DNA of 64,000 bases from Gonapodya sp. JEL0774. Its lineage: Eukaryota. The number at the start of each line of letters is the position of its first letter. The stretch's first letter is position 1. Location of the stretch: positions 62,001 through 126,000 of the forward strand of contig JADIIX010000037.1 in the NCBI GenBank assembly GCA_027604505.1, written 5' to 3'. This document shows positions 37,703 through 50,292 of the stretch, one piece after another. The notes under the pieces were generated by a model. It saw nothing but the letters and a program-made list of their open reading frames with translations, did no database searches and was not told the DNA's origin. The position numbers and the translations under genes were made by a program.

Positions 37703-40453
37703 ATGATACACCTATCAAACGTCCCGTCTCCTGTTGCGTACAGGCCGCGCCTACGTCCTACTTGTGATGGTTGCGTGAAACGGAAAGTGCACTGCGATGG
37801 ATCCGCGGAGCAGGTGACTGTTTGTCGGGAAGCATTCGTGACTCGCATTTCCTTTTATTCCGATCGTTTTGCTTCATAGCTCAAATCATGCACCCGATGC
37901 ATTCGTCTCGGTGCTCCCTGCAACTTTTCCTTTCTTCGGAAGCCGAGGAAACGGACTCCACCGCTACGTGTGTCCGAGGACTCAGGTTCACGTAGCAATC
38001 TTCCTCCTCCTTCTTCAACCGATTCGCATTTTGACGGTCTGCACAATCTTCTGGGGATTGGGAGACCGAATCTTCCGAGCCTGATGGTACATAATGACGC
38101 TCAGTCATTCATAAACAGTCCAGAGTTGACAAACCACCTACGCACGCCGTGGAATTTACTGCAGTCCAGAGACGGGCACGACACACAGCGACTGGAGAGA
38201 TTATTCGACCCAGATTCCAGTTTGGTGCAACTTAATGGGAAGAGAAATGCTTTTGACTTCGATGCTGCGCGACTTCCACGGGAGCTCTCGATTTTCGACG
38301 ATGTAAGTACACAATATGATGTAGCACACCAGTATCAAGTCCGCCGGAGTTGCTATTCGAATGGTTATGTTGAGCCTCTGGTTCAATGACCTTGGAATGC
38401 AATGATGTTCGTGCATTGTCAAACAGAGCACCGACTCCCATCTTTTTGTGGGATGCGGATACTAAGAACCTGTTTCCCCAACCCAAACTATCAGCTTGCA
38501 CCACCAACAGACAGTGATGTTATCAACCGGCTTGTGGGCATGTTCTTCCAGTCAACTAACAAACTGGATGTTATCCACCCGCCGTCCTTCTTATCCTCTC
38601 CTCGTCCCAACCCCATCCTGCTGTATTCGATCCTCTCTTCCGTTGGAGCCCAACACGAGAATCTCGATATCCGGTTAACCGCACGGAGGGTTTTCTATCC
38701 ACGCCTTCAAAAGCTCTTAAGAACTGAATGGGAATCACCTACACTGGAGGGAGTGATCGGCTTAATGCATGCAAGAATCCTTGCAGGTCACTGGAAACTG
38801 GTGGGTTGTGTTTGTTGATGACGTCAGATGTGGCAACCCGCCTCACATCTTCTTTACGTATCGCATCGTTCACTCGATCGCAATCAGTGGAAGCAATCGG
38901 GACTTTTCATCACTCACCTCCTCTCCTCCATCCACTACCTCGGCCTCCATTCCGACAACATATCTCCTACCGTCTTTCTATCTCGCGCAGGACTCCCAAC
39001 GCCGGACCCTTGGGTCACCCGCGAGACTGCGCGAAGGGTATTTTGGGTGGCGACGAGCATGGACACAATCTCCGCTGCATCTTCTAATGTGCCCAGGATG
39101 ATGTCGGCAGATGAGACGAGGGGGGCGAGGTTGCCCTGTCCGATGAGGTGGGTGTGCAACTGGGACGATACAGGAGAGATGATGAGGTTGGCAAGATGTC
39201 GTAAGCTTGGACCTGATCTGTTCAACTGTTTCACGCTGCGATGTTGAAAAACTTCATTGAAGTTCAACTTCTTGTATTCGTTTTACGCAGCGAATGGAAT
39301 GCTCCTTCCTTGCCCTCCTCCCCACATACGGTCATGCCAACTCTTGGTGAAATCCTTAACGCCTCGCACTCTGATTCCACTTCCCGCCCGTTCCTCACTC
39401 CCGCGTGCCTCTACGCAGCCTTTTTGTATCTATTCGGTCGTATTGTAGATTTTCATCGGTATTGCACTGCTGGTGGGTGGCTCCATTTCGCCCCACCTGA
39501 CGGAAAGCCTGCGAGGAGGGTACGAGGTATGGTGGAGGAACTCGAGGAGGAGTTGGTTGTGTGGAAGAATATGATTGGCGGCTTGTCGGACGTTGATGGC
39601 GAGTGCACAGACACAATAGTGGTGAATCTGAATCTGGCGTATCATGCTCTGTGGACTGGTGAGTTGGCGGAGTTGATGGACGTAGGTCTAGAGGATTGAA
39701 GCAACCTAACCTTCCGGGGATCGCGTTGTCTCGACTGATTTTGGTATAGTGCTCCACGGCCCTTCTCTCTCTCTCATCAAATTTGGATACGAACTTCTCA
39801 CTCCCGCGGAGCACCGTCCACCGCAAGCGATCCACAACCAAAAGGCAGAGGATGTAGTGGACGCCTGGGTAGGTATTTCTTGGAGTATTTTCGACAGTAT
39901 CCGTTGTCACCTGATTATGGATGTGTTCTGTTGTGGCAGAGCTCGTCGACGTCCTTCGTGACGGCGGTCTCGCACGCCTTTGAAGCATCAAATCTACTCT
40001 CTGTGTTACCTCAAAATCAGTCGACGTCTCAAGGACTTCCGGCGAGTGTGATAGTGTACTAGTGAGTTTCAGTTCGCTGCAAACGCCAGAATTTCCAACC
40101 ACCACTGAACACATTGCGGCTCGCATGCGCTTCTATGACTATTGAACGATTCTAGCCTTGGCCACATCGCCGTCATTCTTCTCCTTCCCGCTCTCCGCAT
40201 GCAGCAAGCTGGTATGCAGGTTCAAGACATCCGTCAGCGGACGCACATCATTATCGCCAAGATGCGTCTCCTGGAGAGCGCATCAGGTTCATCCGTTTTG
40301 AACTTGGTGATATCTCTTGTAGAACTGTTGCTGCAGAAGCTGGATGGAAGGATGGAAAGCTTTGATTCGATGGCTGTGAGGTTGTTTGAGCCGGAACAGA
40401 GCGATTCTGTGACGGATGCCATCGTTGGAACTGAGCAAATTGAAGCAGCATGA
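37703..40453 (+). CDS. Zn(II)2Cys6 transcription factor, copy 3 (more diverged paralogue)
   Basis: RPRLRPTCDGCVKRKVHCDGSAEQ/LKSCTRCIRLGAPC; same intron positions as copies 1 and 2; RETARRVFWVATSMD; ILLLPALRMQQAG. Confidence 0.88.
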
Positions 40454-41602
40454 AAATCAAGTATGGACCTGACTGGACTCAAACAAACTTGGGCTTGTGC
40501 TGATGGCTTCGTCCCGTTGTTATATAATCCATTGTTGATCTTCTCGCGTGAGAGTCAGGGAAGTATAGCACTCAGATCAAAGGGAGGATCTAGCGACTAA
40601 TTAGTGCTTTATTGGCGTATATGCTTATTGCCCTTCTCCCCTGTCATTGCTACGTGTAACCCTCGTATTATAGGATACCAGAGAATACAATCATTCTGAG
40701 ATTAGGTTGTCTTTGTCTCCTTTAGATAATCAACTTTGTAATACTTTATGTACGCAAATGAGTTTGAACAGTGCAACGGGACCGAAAGAAAGTCGGAGGT
40801 GTAACCAAGCAACTGGATACAGCTTCACGAAAACTGAAACTGCATTCAGTTTGAAATCTGAGAGCCCCACTGAACAAAGGACTTCCCCGAGTGGTCGAGT
40901 GATGGAAAGATATGGGTACAAGGTTATATGTATTATGTGAGCTGCCATAGCAGATTTGTTCTTTCGGTGAATGATGTGAACTGAACTGATTGGAGCTCGT
41001 TGAATAGTCGGCACAATGAGAAGGCCTATCTCACAACAAGACAGTCGCCATCTGCAGCACAAGATATTCGTCTCAGCAAGTAGTAGTTAACAATGAGATA
41101 GTTTACAGTAATTAGTAGTTGACTCTGAACAAGATGTCATCCAGATTGATTTCACGAAGGGGTTTTGATTGGACCCCTTGCGCCATAAGTGGCGCAGAAG
41201 TCACGAGTTTGTGTCCCTCAGGCTCATAAGCCATCAGCTCTCACACAAGTTTCATCAGAGCCGCTTTCAGGTGAGCTTGTTACCACAAGTTCAAGAACGT
41301 GAACGCTGAAGGGAAGAGTCACAAAGCCGGAGGTGGTGGTTCCCGCGAGGCAGTGCGCGTGCTGGTGTGGATCGGCGCCGGTTTCCGTGGGGAGGGAGAC
41401 ACGAATTTCATATCGGAGCATACGACTTTGTACCAGAACTAAGCGTATTTGCGAGAGACACAAGAGCAGGTTTGGGAAGAGCCGTCAAACCAGTCCAGAA
41501 CGGTGGTCGCGTGACCCACCTTTCCGGACAAGCGCAAGCTCAATTTTCCCCTCTTTTTTTCCCTTCCAACGCCCATTCCTTCCTTTTCGCAGTTTGGTTA
41601 GA

Positions 41603-43466
41603 ATGCGGTTTGCACGTATCGTAACCGCTCTGGCCCTTGTGGGTTCCGCGTTGGCCGCTCCCTACAAGCTGCCCCACTTCACCGAATCTGAGGAGGCAAC
41701 TGGTGAACCAAGCTACAACGTAGCCCCTCTCCTTTCTTCTACCAACGCTGCGGTTATTCCTGACCGGTACGTCGTTGTACTGAAGAAGGACCTTCACCCC
41801 GATACTGTGCGATCGCACAGTTTGTGGGTCGGCGAGTCGTGCGACCACTACAGCAAGCACAGCAAGCGAGACTCGCTTGGTGTCATATTTTCTGGTGTTA
41901 AGAACTTCTTCAGCGTCGGCGACTCGTTCAAAGGGTACGCCGGTCACTTTGACGGAAGTGTCCTTGACCTCATTAGGAGCCATCCTGATGTGAGTACTAC
42001 ATCGATCAATCACATTGGACAAGACGACATAGCACGCGAGAATTCGAAAGTAGTTTTGATCTTGGAAAGTCGGGATTCGAATCATGTTTGGGAAGTTTGA
42101 CCTCTTTGACCTTTTTCACCTCCCTTGATTCAGGTTGCGTACGTCGAGCGCGACATGCTGGTACACACCTACGACACCCGTGTCGCTCAGCACAACGTCC
42201 CCTCGTGGGGCCTGTCTCGGGTCTCGCACCGCAAGCACCCTTCTCCCAAGGAGTATGAAGAGTACGATTACGACTCCGCTGCCGGCGAGGGTGTTGTGGC
42301 GTACATTATTGACACCGGTGTGAATGTCCACCACGAGGACTTTGAGGGACGGGCCGTGTGGGGTAAAACCATCCCCGACGATGGCGATGTGGATGGAAAC
42401 GGCCACGGTTCCCACGTTGCTGGCACTGTTGCTGGAAAGACTTTTGGCATTGCAAAGAAAGGTGTGTTTTTTGAGGATGTCAAGGTCCTTGATTCCTAGT
42501 GTGTTTTCGGATGTGACCATCACTTTGCTTTTCCATTGTCACACTCCTCAGCCACAATCAAGGCGGTGAAGGTGCTCTCATCAAATGGCTCTGGTACTCT
42601 CTCTGACGTTATCGCCGGCATTGAATGGGCTGTCCAGGACCACCAAAAGCGGGAGGCGGAAGCCCTTCTCGCTGAATCGTCGGAAGCCCTTCTCGCTGAA
42701 TCATCGGGCGTCGAGGTGGAGAAGAAGAAGCCTAAGCAACCCGCACCTGCTCCTGGCAAGCCCGAACCCGCACCCGGCAAACCTGCCTCTAAAGTCAAGT
42801 CGGTTGCGAACATGAGCTTGGGTGGAGGAAAGTCAAGGGGTTTGGATGCTGCAGTTGATGCGGTGAGTTGAATTTATCAGATTTGCCATCTGAAGTATCC
42901 GCTGTTCTGAAGTGATTCTTACGGATTTCTACGTCTTCAACTTTTATTCGATCAGGCTGTCGAAGCTGGCATTCATTTTGCGGTTGCGGCTGGCAATGAC
43001 GCCACTGATGCGTGCCGTTACTCCCCCGCTGGCTCTGCCCTTGCTGTCACCGTTGGTGCCACTACCGTTGACGATTCTGTCGCCTGGTTCTCAAACCACG
43101 GCAAATGTGTGGACGTCTTCGCACCCGGCCGTGATATTACCAGCAGCTGGATCGGCTCCACCACTGCCACCAACACCATCTCGGGTACAAGTATGGCCAG
43201 CCCTCACGTGTGCGGTCTCTTGGCCTTGTTGCTAAGCGAGGAGAAATACTCTGGCATGACCACTACTGAGTTGAAGGTGGGTCAAAAACTTTTAAACAGT
43301 CATTTGGAACTCGGGCGGCTGATCGTATCATAATCCATTCGCTTGCTGGCAGGATGCTGTTATTGGACTCGCAACTAACGGTCTTATCACCGGACTCCCG
43401 AGCTACAGCCCCACCGTTAACAAGCTCATCTACAACGATCCTCCCGCTACTGCAGCTGACGAGTAG
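41603..43466 (+). CDS. Subtilisin S8A serine protease (proteinase K/vacuolar proteinase B-like) with signal peptide and I9 propeptide
   Basis: Signal MRFARIVTALALVGSALA; IPDRYVVVLK (I9); WGLSRVS; catalytic IIDTG, NGHGSHVAG and ISGTSMASPHV; NMSLGG; AAGN. Confidence 0.93.
42657..42704 (+). repeat. In-frame 24-bp tandem duplication (EALLAESS x2) inside the subtilisin catalytic domain
   Basis: cggaagcccttctcgctgaatcgt / cggaagcccttctcgctgaatcat. Confidence 0.9.
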
Positions 43467-43702
43467 ATGGGATGTGCGGGTGGCTTTTGCATGTGTTGTA
43501 CTGTAGTTGGGGTGTGACGACAGTTACTAGTTGTAATTGTGAAGCATGGACGTCATTTGCAGCTTTATGGTTGATGTATGTAGAATACTGTGAAAACATG
43601 ATGTTGGATTGTTACCTTTCTCTTGTACGATTCGTACTCCTTTTGATACAGTAGAACACAGTTGCTGTGATGGTCGAGAGTCGTTCCATGAGCGGGGTTT
43701 AG

Positions 43703-43780
43703 AATATTTGTCTAATGTCAAAACTCTTGTAAATAACGACTAATATTCGTCTAATGTCAAACCTCGTGTCACCAACGACT
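43703..43780. repeat. Two degenerate 39-bp tandem units between the convergent subtilisin and pirin B 3' ends
   Basis: aatatttgtctaatgtcaaaactcttgtaaataacgact / aatattcgtctaatgtcaaacctcgtgtcaccaacgact. Confidence 0.8.
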
Positions 43781-43829
43781 AAGTCTAAATGCTATCTACG
43801 TACACAAGTGAAGTACGCACAACAAGATC

Positions 43830-44915
43830 TCAGGCGAGATCCATGAGTACAACTTCGGCAACACCCTGTCCATCGTTTCTCACCACCAAACCGCCAGATT
43901 GGACATCGAATCCATTGACGAACATTCCATCCCCATGTGAGAGTGTCGTTTCTCCAGCACTCGAAGAATCGGTGGATCCCGGAACTGAGACGGTAAGCTT
44001 TGCGCGCGGGTTGTTTTGGACGAGGTGCAGATAGAGGCGACGCGGAGAGTGTTCGGATTGATCAATGGCTGCGCTTTGCCCAAGTTCTGGCGTCCTGTAT
44101 ACAATTTCGATTCCTGGGTCCAATAGTGCCGCAGACATCCAAAAGTCGCTGTGTATCGCTATGGGCTTGCTCGCGTCTGGATGTGTCGGCTGGACAGCGT
44201 CTCGTTTGTTCTCAGGGGCGATCAAGGTGGCAAATTGATTCTTCTTGCACGAGTCTGGGAAGTTACCCGTGGCATATCCGGGACGAAGGCGCGTGTTGGA
44301 GGGGAGGTTCCATATCTGCAGGAAGTGCACAGGGTCGGTCTGTGAGGCGTTGTATTCACTGTGCGAAAGTACGGCGCCCGCGTCAGTGACATGCAAGCAA
44401 AAAGCGAATGACGGGAGTCACTGACTGGGAGTCTCACCTATGAGCGATGCCAGTACCGGCGGTCGTGAACTGAATGTTTCCTCTGCCCACGATTTCGTGG
44501 TGGCCGGCGCTGTCCTTGTGCTCGAGCTGCCCGTCGACCACGTAGCTGAATATTTCGTACGCTCTGATAGTAATGCGGAGAACAAAAGAAAGGAGGGCAT
44601 GAATGTATTTCGCAATACGTACACCAGCAAAGAAGACACTTACTGGTGAGGGTGGGCGCCAAACCCCTTCCCAGGCTTGACCTTGTCCTCATTCAGGACC
44701 CTCAGAGATCCAAAACCATCGAACTTGGGGTCGTAGTAGTTGGCGAAGGAGAAGGTCTGGTGATAGGACATGAGACCCCGTCAGTCCATAGTTGCAACGT
44801 AATGCACCAACACCACTTCACGAATGGGACAATCCCTTACGTGGTGAGTATCAAGCCATCCAAGGTTGGCGTGCCCACGGTCCACACTCTTCCTCACGGT
44901 GAAAGTTGGTGCCAT
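43830..44915 (-). CDS. Pirin-family bicupin (YhhW-like), copy B
   Basis: [25 protein letters not shown]/..GFGAHPH/..GIAH/SEYN..HFLQIW..VVLMDLA; 3 introns. Confidence 0.92.
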
Positions 44916-45048
44916 TAGAAGTTTCTTGATTGTTATTGCAGTTGTGTTCTTGTGACTTGCTCGAGTTGATTCACTCGTAATGTGAAGTAATGTGAAGTGT
45001 ATCGCTTGAGGAACTTGAGATGATACAGGTCGCATCGCAGAGTAGCCG

Positions 45049-45055
45049 TTTTATA
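45049..45055 (-). promoter_or_regulatory. Candidate TATA box of pirin B
   Basis: TATAAAA about 135 nt upstream of the ATG, also present in the duplicated copy. Confidence 0.5.
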
Positions 45056-45543
45056 GCACTCGAGCGTTTCCGGATTCATAATCTGTTCGTTCTCGTGCAT
45101 TCCAGTTCTTCACAGAACTTTGATAACAGGGACGGCTCGGGTAAACATAATGACACGCTCCAGATGGCTCTTCCTTCCTTCATGCCTTCCTGAATATTGG
45201 GAATATGTGACCCTCTTTCCCTGCTCTTAAATCCATTGAATATGCGATAACACGCTACATTGATTTTCCTGATGGCCGACGGGCGCGTAGTTGTGTCAAA
45301 ATGGAAGAAGCAGAGGTAACAAGTCACCCTTAAGTCTCCAAAAATCCCCAAAATATACCAAGCAATAAACATCCAGAACAACAGGAATCTGTAACCCCAA
45401 TACAAAAATGTGTTTCGTTTTGACCGCTTCATTGTGCCATCACAAGGCGCTCCATGAATGTGGAATGCCAACCCGGCCGTCCCAACATCATTCTGGGATT
45501 GAAATCGATTTCATTTAAGGTTCGCATCTCCGATCTCCGCACG

Positions 45544-46796
45544 ATGCCCCCCAAGACGGCAAGTACGGCAAAGACAAAGGCGAAACCGGCGGCAGATGCC
45601 CCAGCAAAGACCAAATCGGACGCTCCAGCAAAAGCTCCAACCAAACCGCGGACTCGCAAACCCAAGGGAGCGGCGACTGCGACTCAGCAATCCGCTTCTC
45701 TCTCTCCCATTCTCATAGTCATAGGCCTGCTTGTACCCATCATAGCGACGCTGGCGGCCGGCTTCGTCTACCGCGATGCGGTGATCCCCCACCTTCCACC
45801 ACAACTAAAAGTCGTCATACCCCAATCTTGGCTCCCCGTGGAGCTTTCGGAATTCCACAAACTTGAGGCTACTGACATCAATGGCACTATATTCAAGTTT
45901 GATAAGCTGAGGGGCAAGGTTCGTCGAAATGCCTAGAAATCACAGACTGGCGTCCATCCCTTGATTGAGCGGAGTACGAATCACAGATTTGGAGCACAAA
46001 GTGGAGCAAACATAAGAAGGAATCTCTTTTGGAATCACTTATCTTCAACAGAACTGGAAAGTTCTGATGGTGGAAGCAAATCACGACAATTTCTCCCCTA
46101 CTCAACAACTCAACGTAACGTCCTGCACAGGGGAACTCGGACGTCGGTCGTCCGGTGAAATCACTTCGATCATGGTCCCTTCCCTCAGGCTATCGCTGCC
46201 CACAAACTCGCTCACTCATGTCCCACCTCCACAGGTTGTACTCATCGTCAACGTAGCTTCCAAATGCTCCTACACACCACAGTATGGTGGTCTCCAAGAC
46301 CTCTATGCTAAATTTCGGGACCGAGGATTAGAAGTTTTGGCGTTCCCGTCCAATGAATTTGGCCAACAAGAACCCGGCGGAGATAAGGAAATCGGAGAGT
46401 TTGCGAGGAACGGATATAAGGTGGAGGTAGGTTGAAGAGATTCTTGAGAGAATGCCGTTAAAACTGGGCGTGCGCGCGCGGGGTAGGATATGCATGCGAA
46501 TACGAGTCAACAAGGGAGGATTGGAACCATTGCTGAGGTATATTTTATTCCAACCAATCATCTCCACCCAGTTTCCCCTAATGTCCAAAATCCACACCAA
46601 CGGGCCGTCTGAACATCCTGTCTTCACCTTCCTCAAGGCGGCGTTACCTATAGGGAAAGACCGACAACCTGACATTGCGTGGAACTTCGAAAAGTTTCTG
46701 ATTTCCAGGAATGGAACCCCCATAGAGAGGCACCTGAGCTCCACAAGGCCACGGTGGCTGGAGCCCCAGGTGGAAAGCGTGCTGGCGGAGATGTAG
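45544..46796 (+). CDS. Cys-type glutathione peroxidase with Lys/Ala-rich N-terminal tail and transmembrane anchor
   Basis: GK/VVLIVNVASKC (TGC codon), LAFPSNEFGQQEPG, IAWNFEKFLI; TM ILIVIGLLVPIIATLAAGFVY; 2 introns. Confidence 0.9.
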
Positions 46797-47189
46797 TGCT
46801 GAACAAAGTGGAAGGGGGAGGTTGGTTGTGGGTTTGGGTTATGCTCTTTTCACTGGTGCTTGCCGCTGTACACGCTCTCCCTCCGTGAAGCTCGACAAGC
46901 ATCTCACCCGAATCGAGCCTTGCTATTGTTCTGTGCGCCTCTACCAAATCACCGTGGACGCCGTGCAGGACGGCGGAAGGACATACACATATGTAGTACT
47001 CTATTTTACTGTAGTTCGTCATTGCAGGCCTGATTTTGTATAGCTCCCACCTGGTATAATTACAGACGTACTGTAGACCACAAAATCATGTTTCCGCACC
47101 TGGACGCATCTCGATGTCTGAATCATATTTGTTAGCGTGATCATGATTTCAAAGAAATTTGTACACGGCCTGCTACGCAGAGCTAACAA

Positions 47190-48383
47190 TTACGCCCGCG
47201 CCTTAAGTGGCGTCGCTTTGCCTGTCCTGTAATCGTAGAGGTCATTCCCTCGTGGTATTGACCGTATGACACGCGCCGCCAGGCTTTCATCCTCTATGGC
47301 TCGCATCATTGCGTCAGTGACTTGATCAATAGTCACCAGATGCTGCTGCATCATGCGGTGGAATTCCGAGTTGCTGTCAAAGCCGTTGAGGAATAACGGT
47401 GTTGGGGACGCATTTGGGAGAACAGCACTGAAAAACGGTACTACTCAACAAACGATATCAAAGACTGAAGCACAACCAAATCTTACTTGACACGGATCTG
47501 AGGTGCATATTGGTCCATGCAACGTGTGAAGTGAATCACAGCAGCTTTGCCAGCCTGTCGTCAAGGTTGAGCGGAAAAAATGCAAGAATCTTAAGCCGAT
47601 GACCTTCATAGACTTAAACGCACCGCATAAAGAGGTTCTTTTTGGGGTATTAAGCCGGCCATACTGGCGGTATTCACTACTACACCCTTCTTGCCAACCC
47701 TCTTCCAATGCACAATAGCGAGTTCAGTGGCGTAACATAGAGAAATGAAGTTGATGTTTGTCATTCGAATCTGCAAGAACATTGATTTGGTACAAGGAAG
47801 AATTGAGTGGGAAAACAATATGTTCGTCGATGCGACACCCACAAAGTGGTCGGGTTTCGCGTTCTCATCTTGTGCTTCGGTAGCTCGAGCCCAGTCACCA
47901 TCGGCGATACCTAAAAGCTGTCAAGTAAGACACGGGAGAGGGCAATTGATTTTTGTTTTGAATGTCTCACCTGCATTGTTGACGAGCACATCAAAACTCC
48001 CAAACTCTTTGAGAACACTGTCGATGAGTGACTTGACGCTGTGAGGCTGCGCCAAGTCGATTCGAATAAACGATGTCTTCACTCCGAATCTGAAAAAGGA
48101 ATGTAGGGTTATCGAGTCCTTGGAAGCAGCATGAACATCTCCGGCTCACTTCTTCGCGATATCCGCTGCCACCTTCTTTCCAGCTGCCTCTTGGACATCA
48201 ACTACCACGATATGTCCACCTTTTTGTGCTAACTTCTCCGAGAGGTTCAATCCAAATCCTGAGGCGCCTGTTCCACATAAACTGTGAAGTTTCCGGTGAC
48301 TGGTTGAGAAACTGGAAAGGAAGCTCACCCCCAGTTACGATGCACACCTTGCCACGAACGTCGAAGATGGCCTTGTCTGACAT
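47190..48383 (-). CDS. Classical short-chain dehydrogenase/reductase (15-hydroxyprostaglandin dehydrogenase-like)
   Basis: VTG/GASGFG, VVVD (NAD-type), DVLVNNA/G, VVNTASMAG, spliced YA/AGK catalytic motif, IRVN; multi-exon. Confidence 0.88.
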
Positions 48384-48553
48384 CAGGTCGTGTGATGGAT
48401 AATAAAGGGGTCGGCTCGTCGGCACAAATTTGTTCCGAGCTTTGGATGAGTGCGAGCCATTACAGTTTGAGTGTAAAGTTTATTCCATTCGGAGATTGGA
48501 AGGGGGCAGCATAACTAAATAGATTCGAATAGTGTCTGCCGCCATTCTCATGT

Positions 48554-50001
48554 TCAACCAGCTATGGAATTGATGATTTCGTAACCAGGGTCGTCGACCC
48601 ATTCAGCTCGTGCCATTCCGTCTCCCTCAACAATGTGAACCTTTTTTGGATCCTCCCACCATTCCCATAACTTGTCCACGTCGAGAGGAATAGTGGTGCC
48701 ATTTCCGAGCCCAAGCGCGGGGAGCTTCCACACCCCAATCATCTTCATGTTCTTCTTTCCTTTCCCATCCCTGAAATAATGGGAGAAGAGTATTTTAACG
48801 GGAACAGTAACGTGGGGGGTTCACCAATGCAAGGAGCCTCACAGGTCATAATTCCATCCGTCGAGAGTCCAGAACAGGGGCCGCGGGAAGTTGAAGGGCG
48901 GTAACATTGGGTCGACTGAATAAAAGTTACCTGGATTGATTTGTCCGACAACGTCTTGATTCGGTACGCCGCCAGAGTACCAGCCCGTCACGAGGTATTT
49001 GGCGCCAGATGCCTCAAAATTCTTGACTGCTTTCACACCATCCTTGATGTTTATGTGTTGAATAGCATCGCGGCAGTTGATAACTTCCCACAGGGGCTTT
49101 GGTTCTTTGCTACCAGCAACCGCTTTGGGCTTGAACACATCATCCCGTGATACCATGTCCATAGCGGCGAAACGAATGTTGGGGAAAGCAATATGTTTCG
49201 TCGTGTCACGCAAGATCACACTCTCCACGCTGAAGTGTTTAAATGATTGAGCACGCTGGCTCGTGGAGACAAAAACTAAACTCACATGTCGACTCCAGTG
49301 TATTCGACCGCCCCGCTGTGGATTTCAGGTATTGCCCATTGCCAGTGACAGTCACCACATGGAGAATCCAGAATCTTTTTGAGGTTAAATGTCCGCAGGA
49401 CAGCTGAAATGAACCGTCTGGCATTTGCGGTGTAGGTGAAGTAAGAGCCTGGCCCAGAGAGGGATTCTGGAGGGGACAATGTGCAAATGTGGCAAAACAG
49501 AAGTTTCTTGTACACATATGAAAATTTACCTCCAGAACCCCACAATGTTTTGTCGTACACATAGTCAAATGCTGCCTTCCTCCCGCCATCATCCAATTTC
49601 GGAGCCGTTGGGGCCGCCGCTTGCGGAGCAGCAGCAGGTGCGGGTGTGCAATCAGGGGGTTTCGCCTTGACGGTAACCTATTTGGCAGGTGAAAAGCCAA
49701 ATCGAATCACATTGGGTCAAGGGGCTGACTCCAAAGCACATACTGTAACGGTGACGGTCTTAGCGGGAGGGCAGTCGGTACCACCACTTTCAGGAGACTG
49801 GGGTAAGCCAGCAAAGTTTGATCCGGGGCCGGGGTGATGGCCGGGGTGGTCTGATGGGAAATGGGGGTGGGAAGGCGATGGCGGAGCTAGTTGGGTGAAG
49901 AAGAACCATCCTGATCCCAGAATTGCGACCACGAGAAGCAATGTTCGGAATGCAGGAGAACTGAATATGCTCGACACGGACCGGCCGTTGTCCGGAGACA
50001 T
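48554..50001 (-). CDS. Class I SAM-dependent methyltransferase with N-terminal TM anchor and Pro/Thr/Ala stem, copy 1
   Basis: TM LLLVVAILGSGWFFF; FDYVY..WG..ESLSGPGS; motif I KILDSPCGD; YTGVD; INCRDAIQH; SGAKYLVT; PPFNFPRP. Confidence 0.8.
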
Positions 50002-50292
50002 TTGTGCTTTGATGGTTAGAGAAAGATTCAAGAAAGCATAAGGGGAGGCCGGCCGTCCTCAGTTGTGCCTCATCCCCAACATAAATTGCGGCAACAAACA
50101 AAGAAACAGCTTGGTGAACATAATCTTCCGCGAGAACTAGCAAACGAAGGGAGTTTTCCGATATCGATCGAGCAATGCGGTTGTGATACATGATACAATA
50201 TTTACAATCACTTCGATAATACTTATCCTTGGATTAGAAAGGGATGACCAGCACCCTGTGAGATAGACATTCCGCACATGTCTTTGGACTCA

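Larger units (their letters stand above)
43813..45168 (-). repeat. Left arm of a ~1.35 kb inverted repeat (pirin B plus promoter); partner at 53802-55133
   Basis: The reverse complement aligns with 53802-55133 through exons, introns, 5' UTR and about 230-250 bp of upstream DNA, with only scattered substitutions and small indels. Confidence 0.93.

Noticed and set aside
29338..40453. TF copies as pseudogenes because ORFs are fragmented
   Set aside because: Breaks coincide with GT-AG introns at the same positions in all three copies, and the frames I checked rejoin.
41179..41196. Small palindrome tgcgcca-taag-tggcgca upstream of the subtilisin
   Set aside because: A 7-bp stem is expected by chance in 64 kb, and there is no independent support.
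46255..46275. Selenocysteine GPx (some early-diverging fungi use Sec)
   Set aside because: The active-site codon is TGC (Cys). I found no in-frame TGA at a conserved Cys position in any reconstructed gene.
47190..47201. PTS1 on the SDR (-ARA) or on HTD2 (-KRM)
   Set aside because: Neither fits the [SAC][KRH][LM] consensus.
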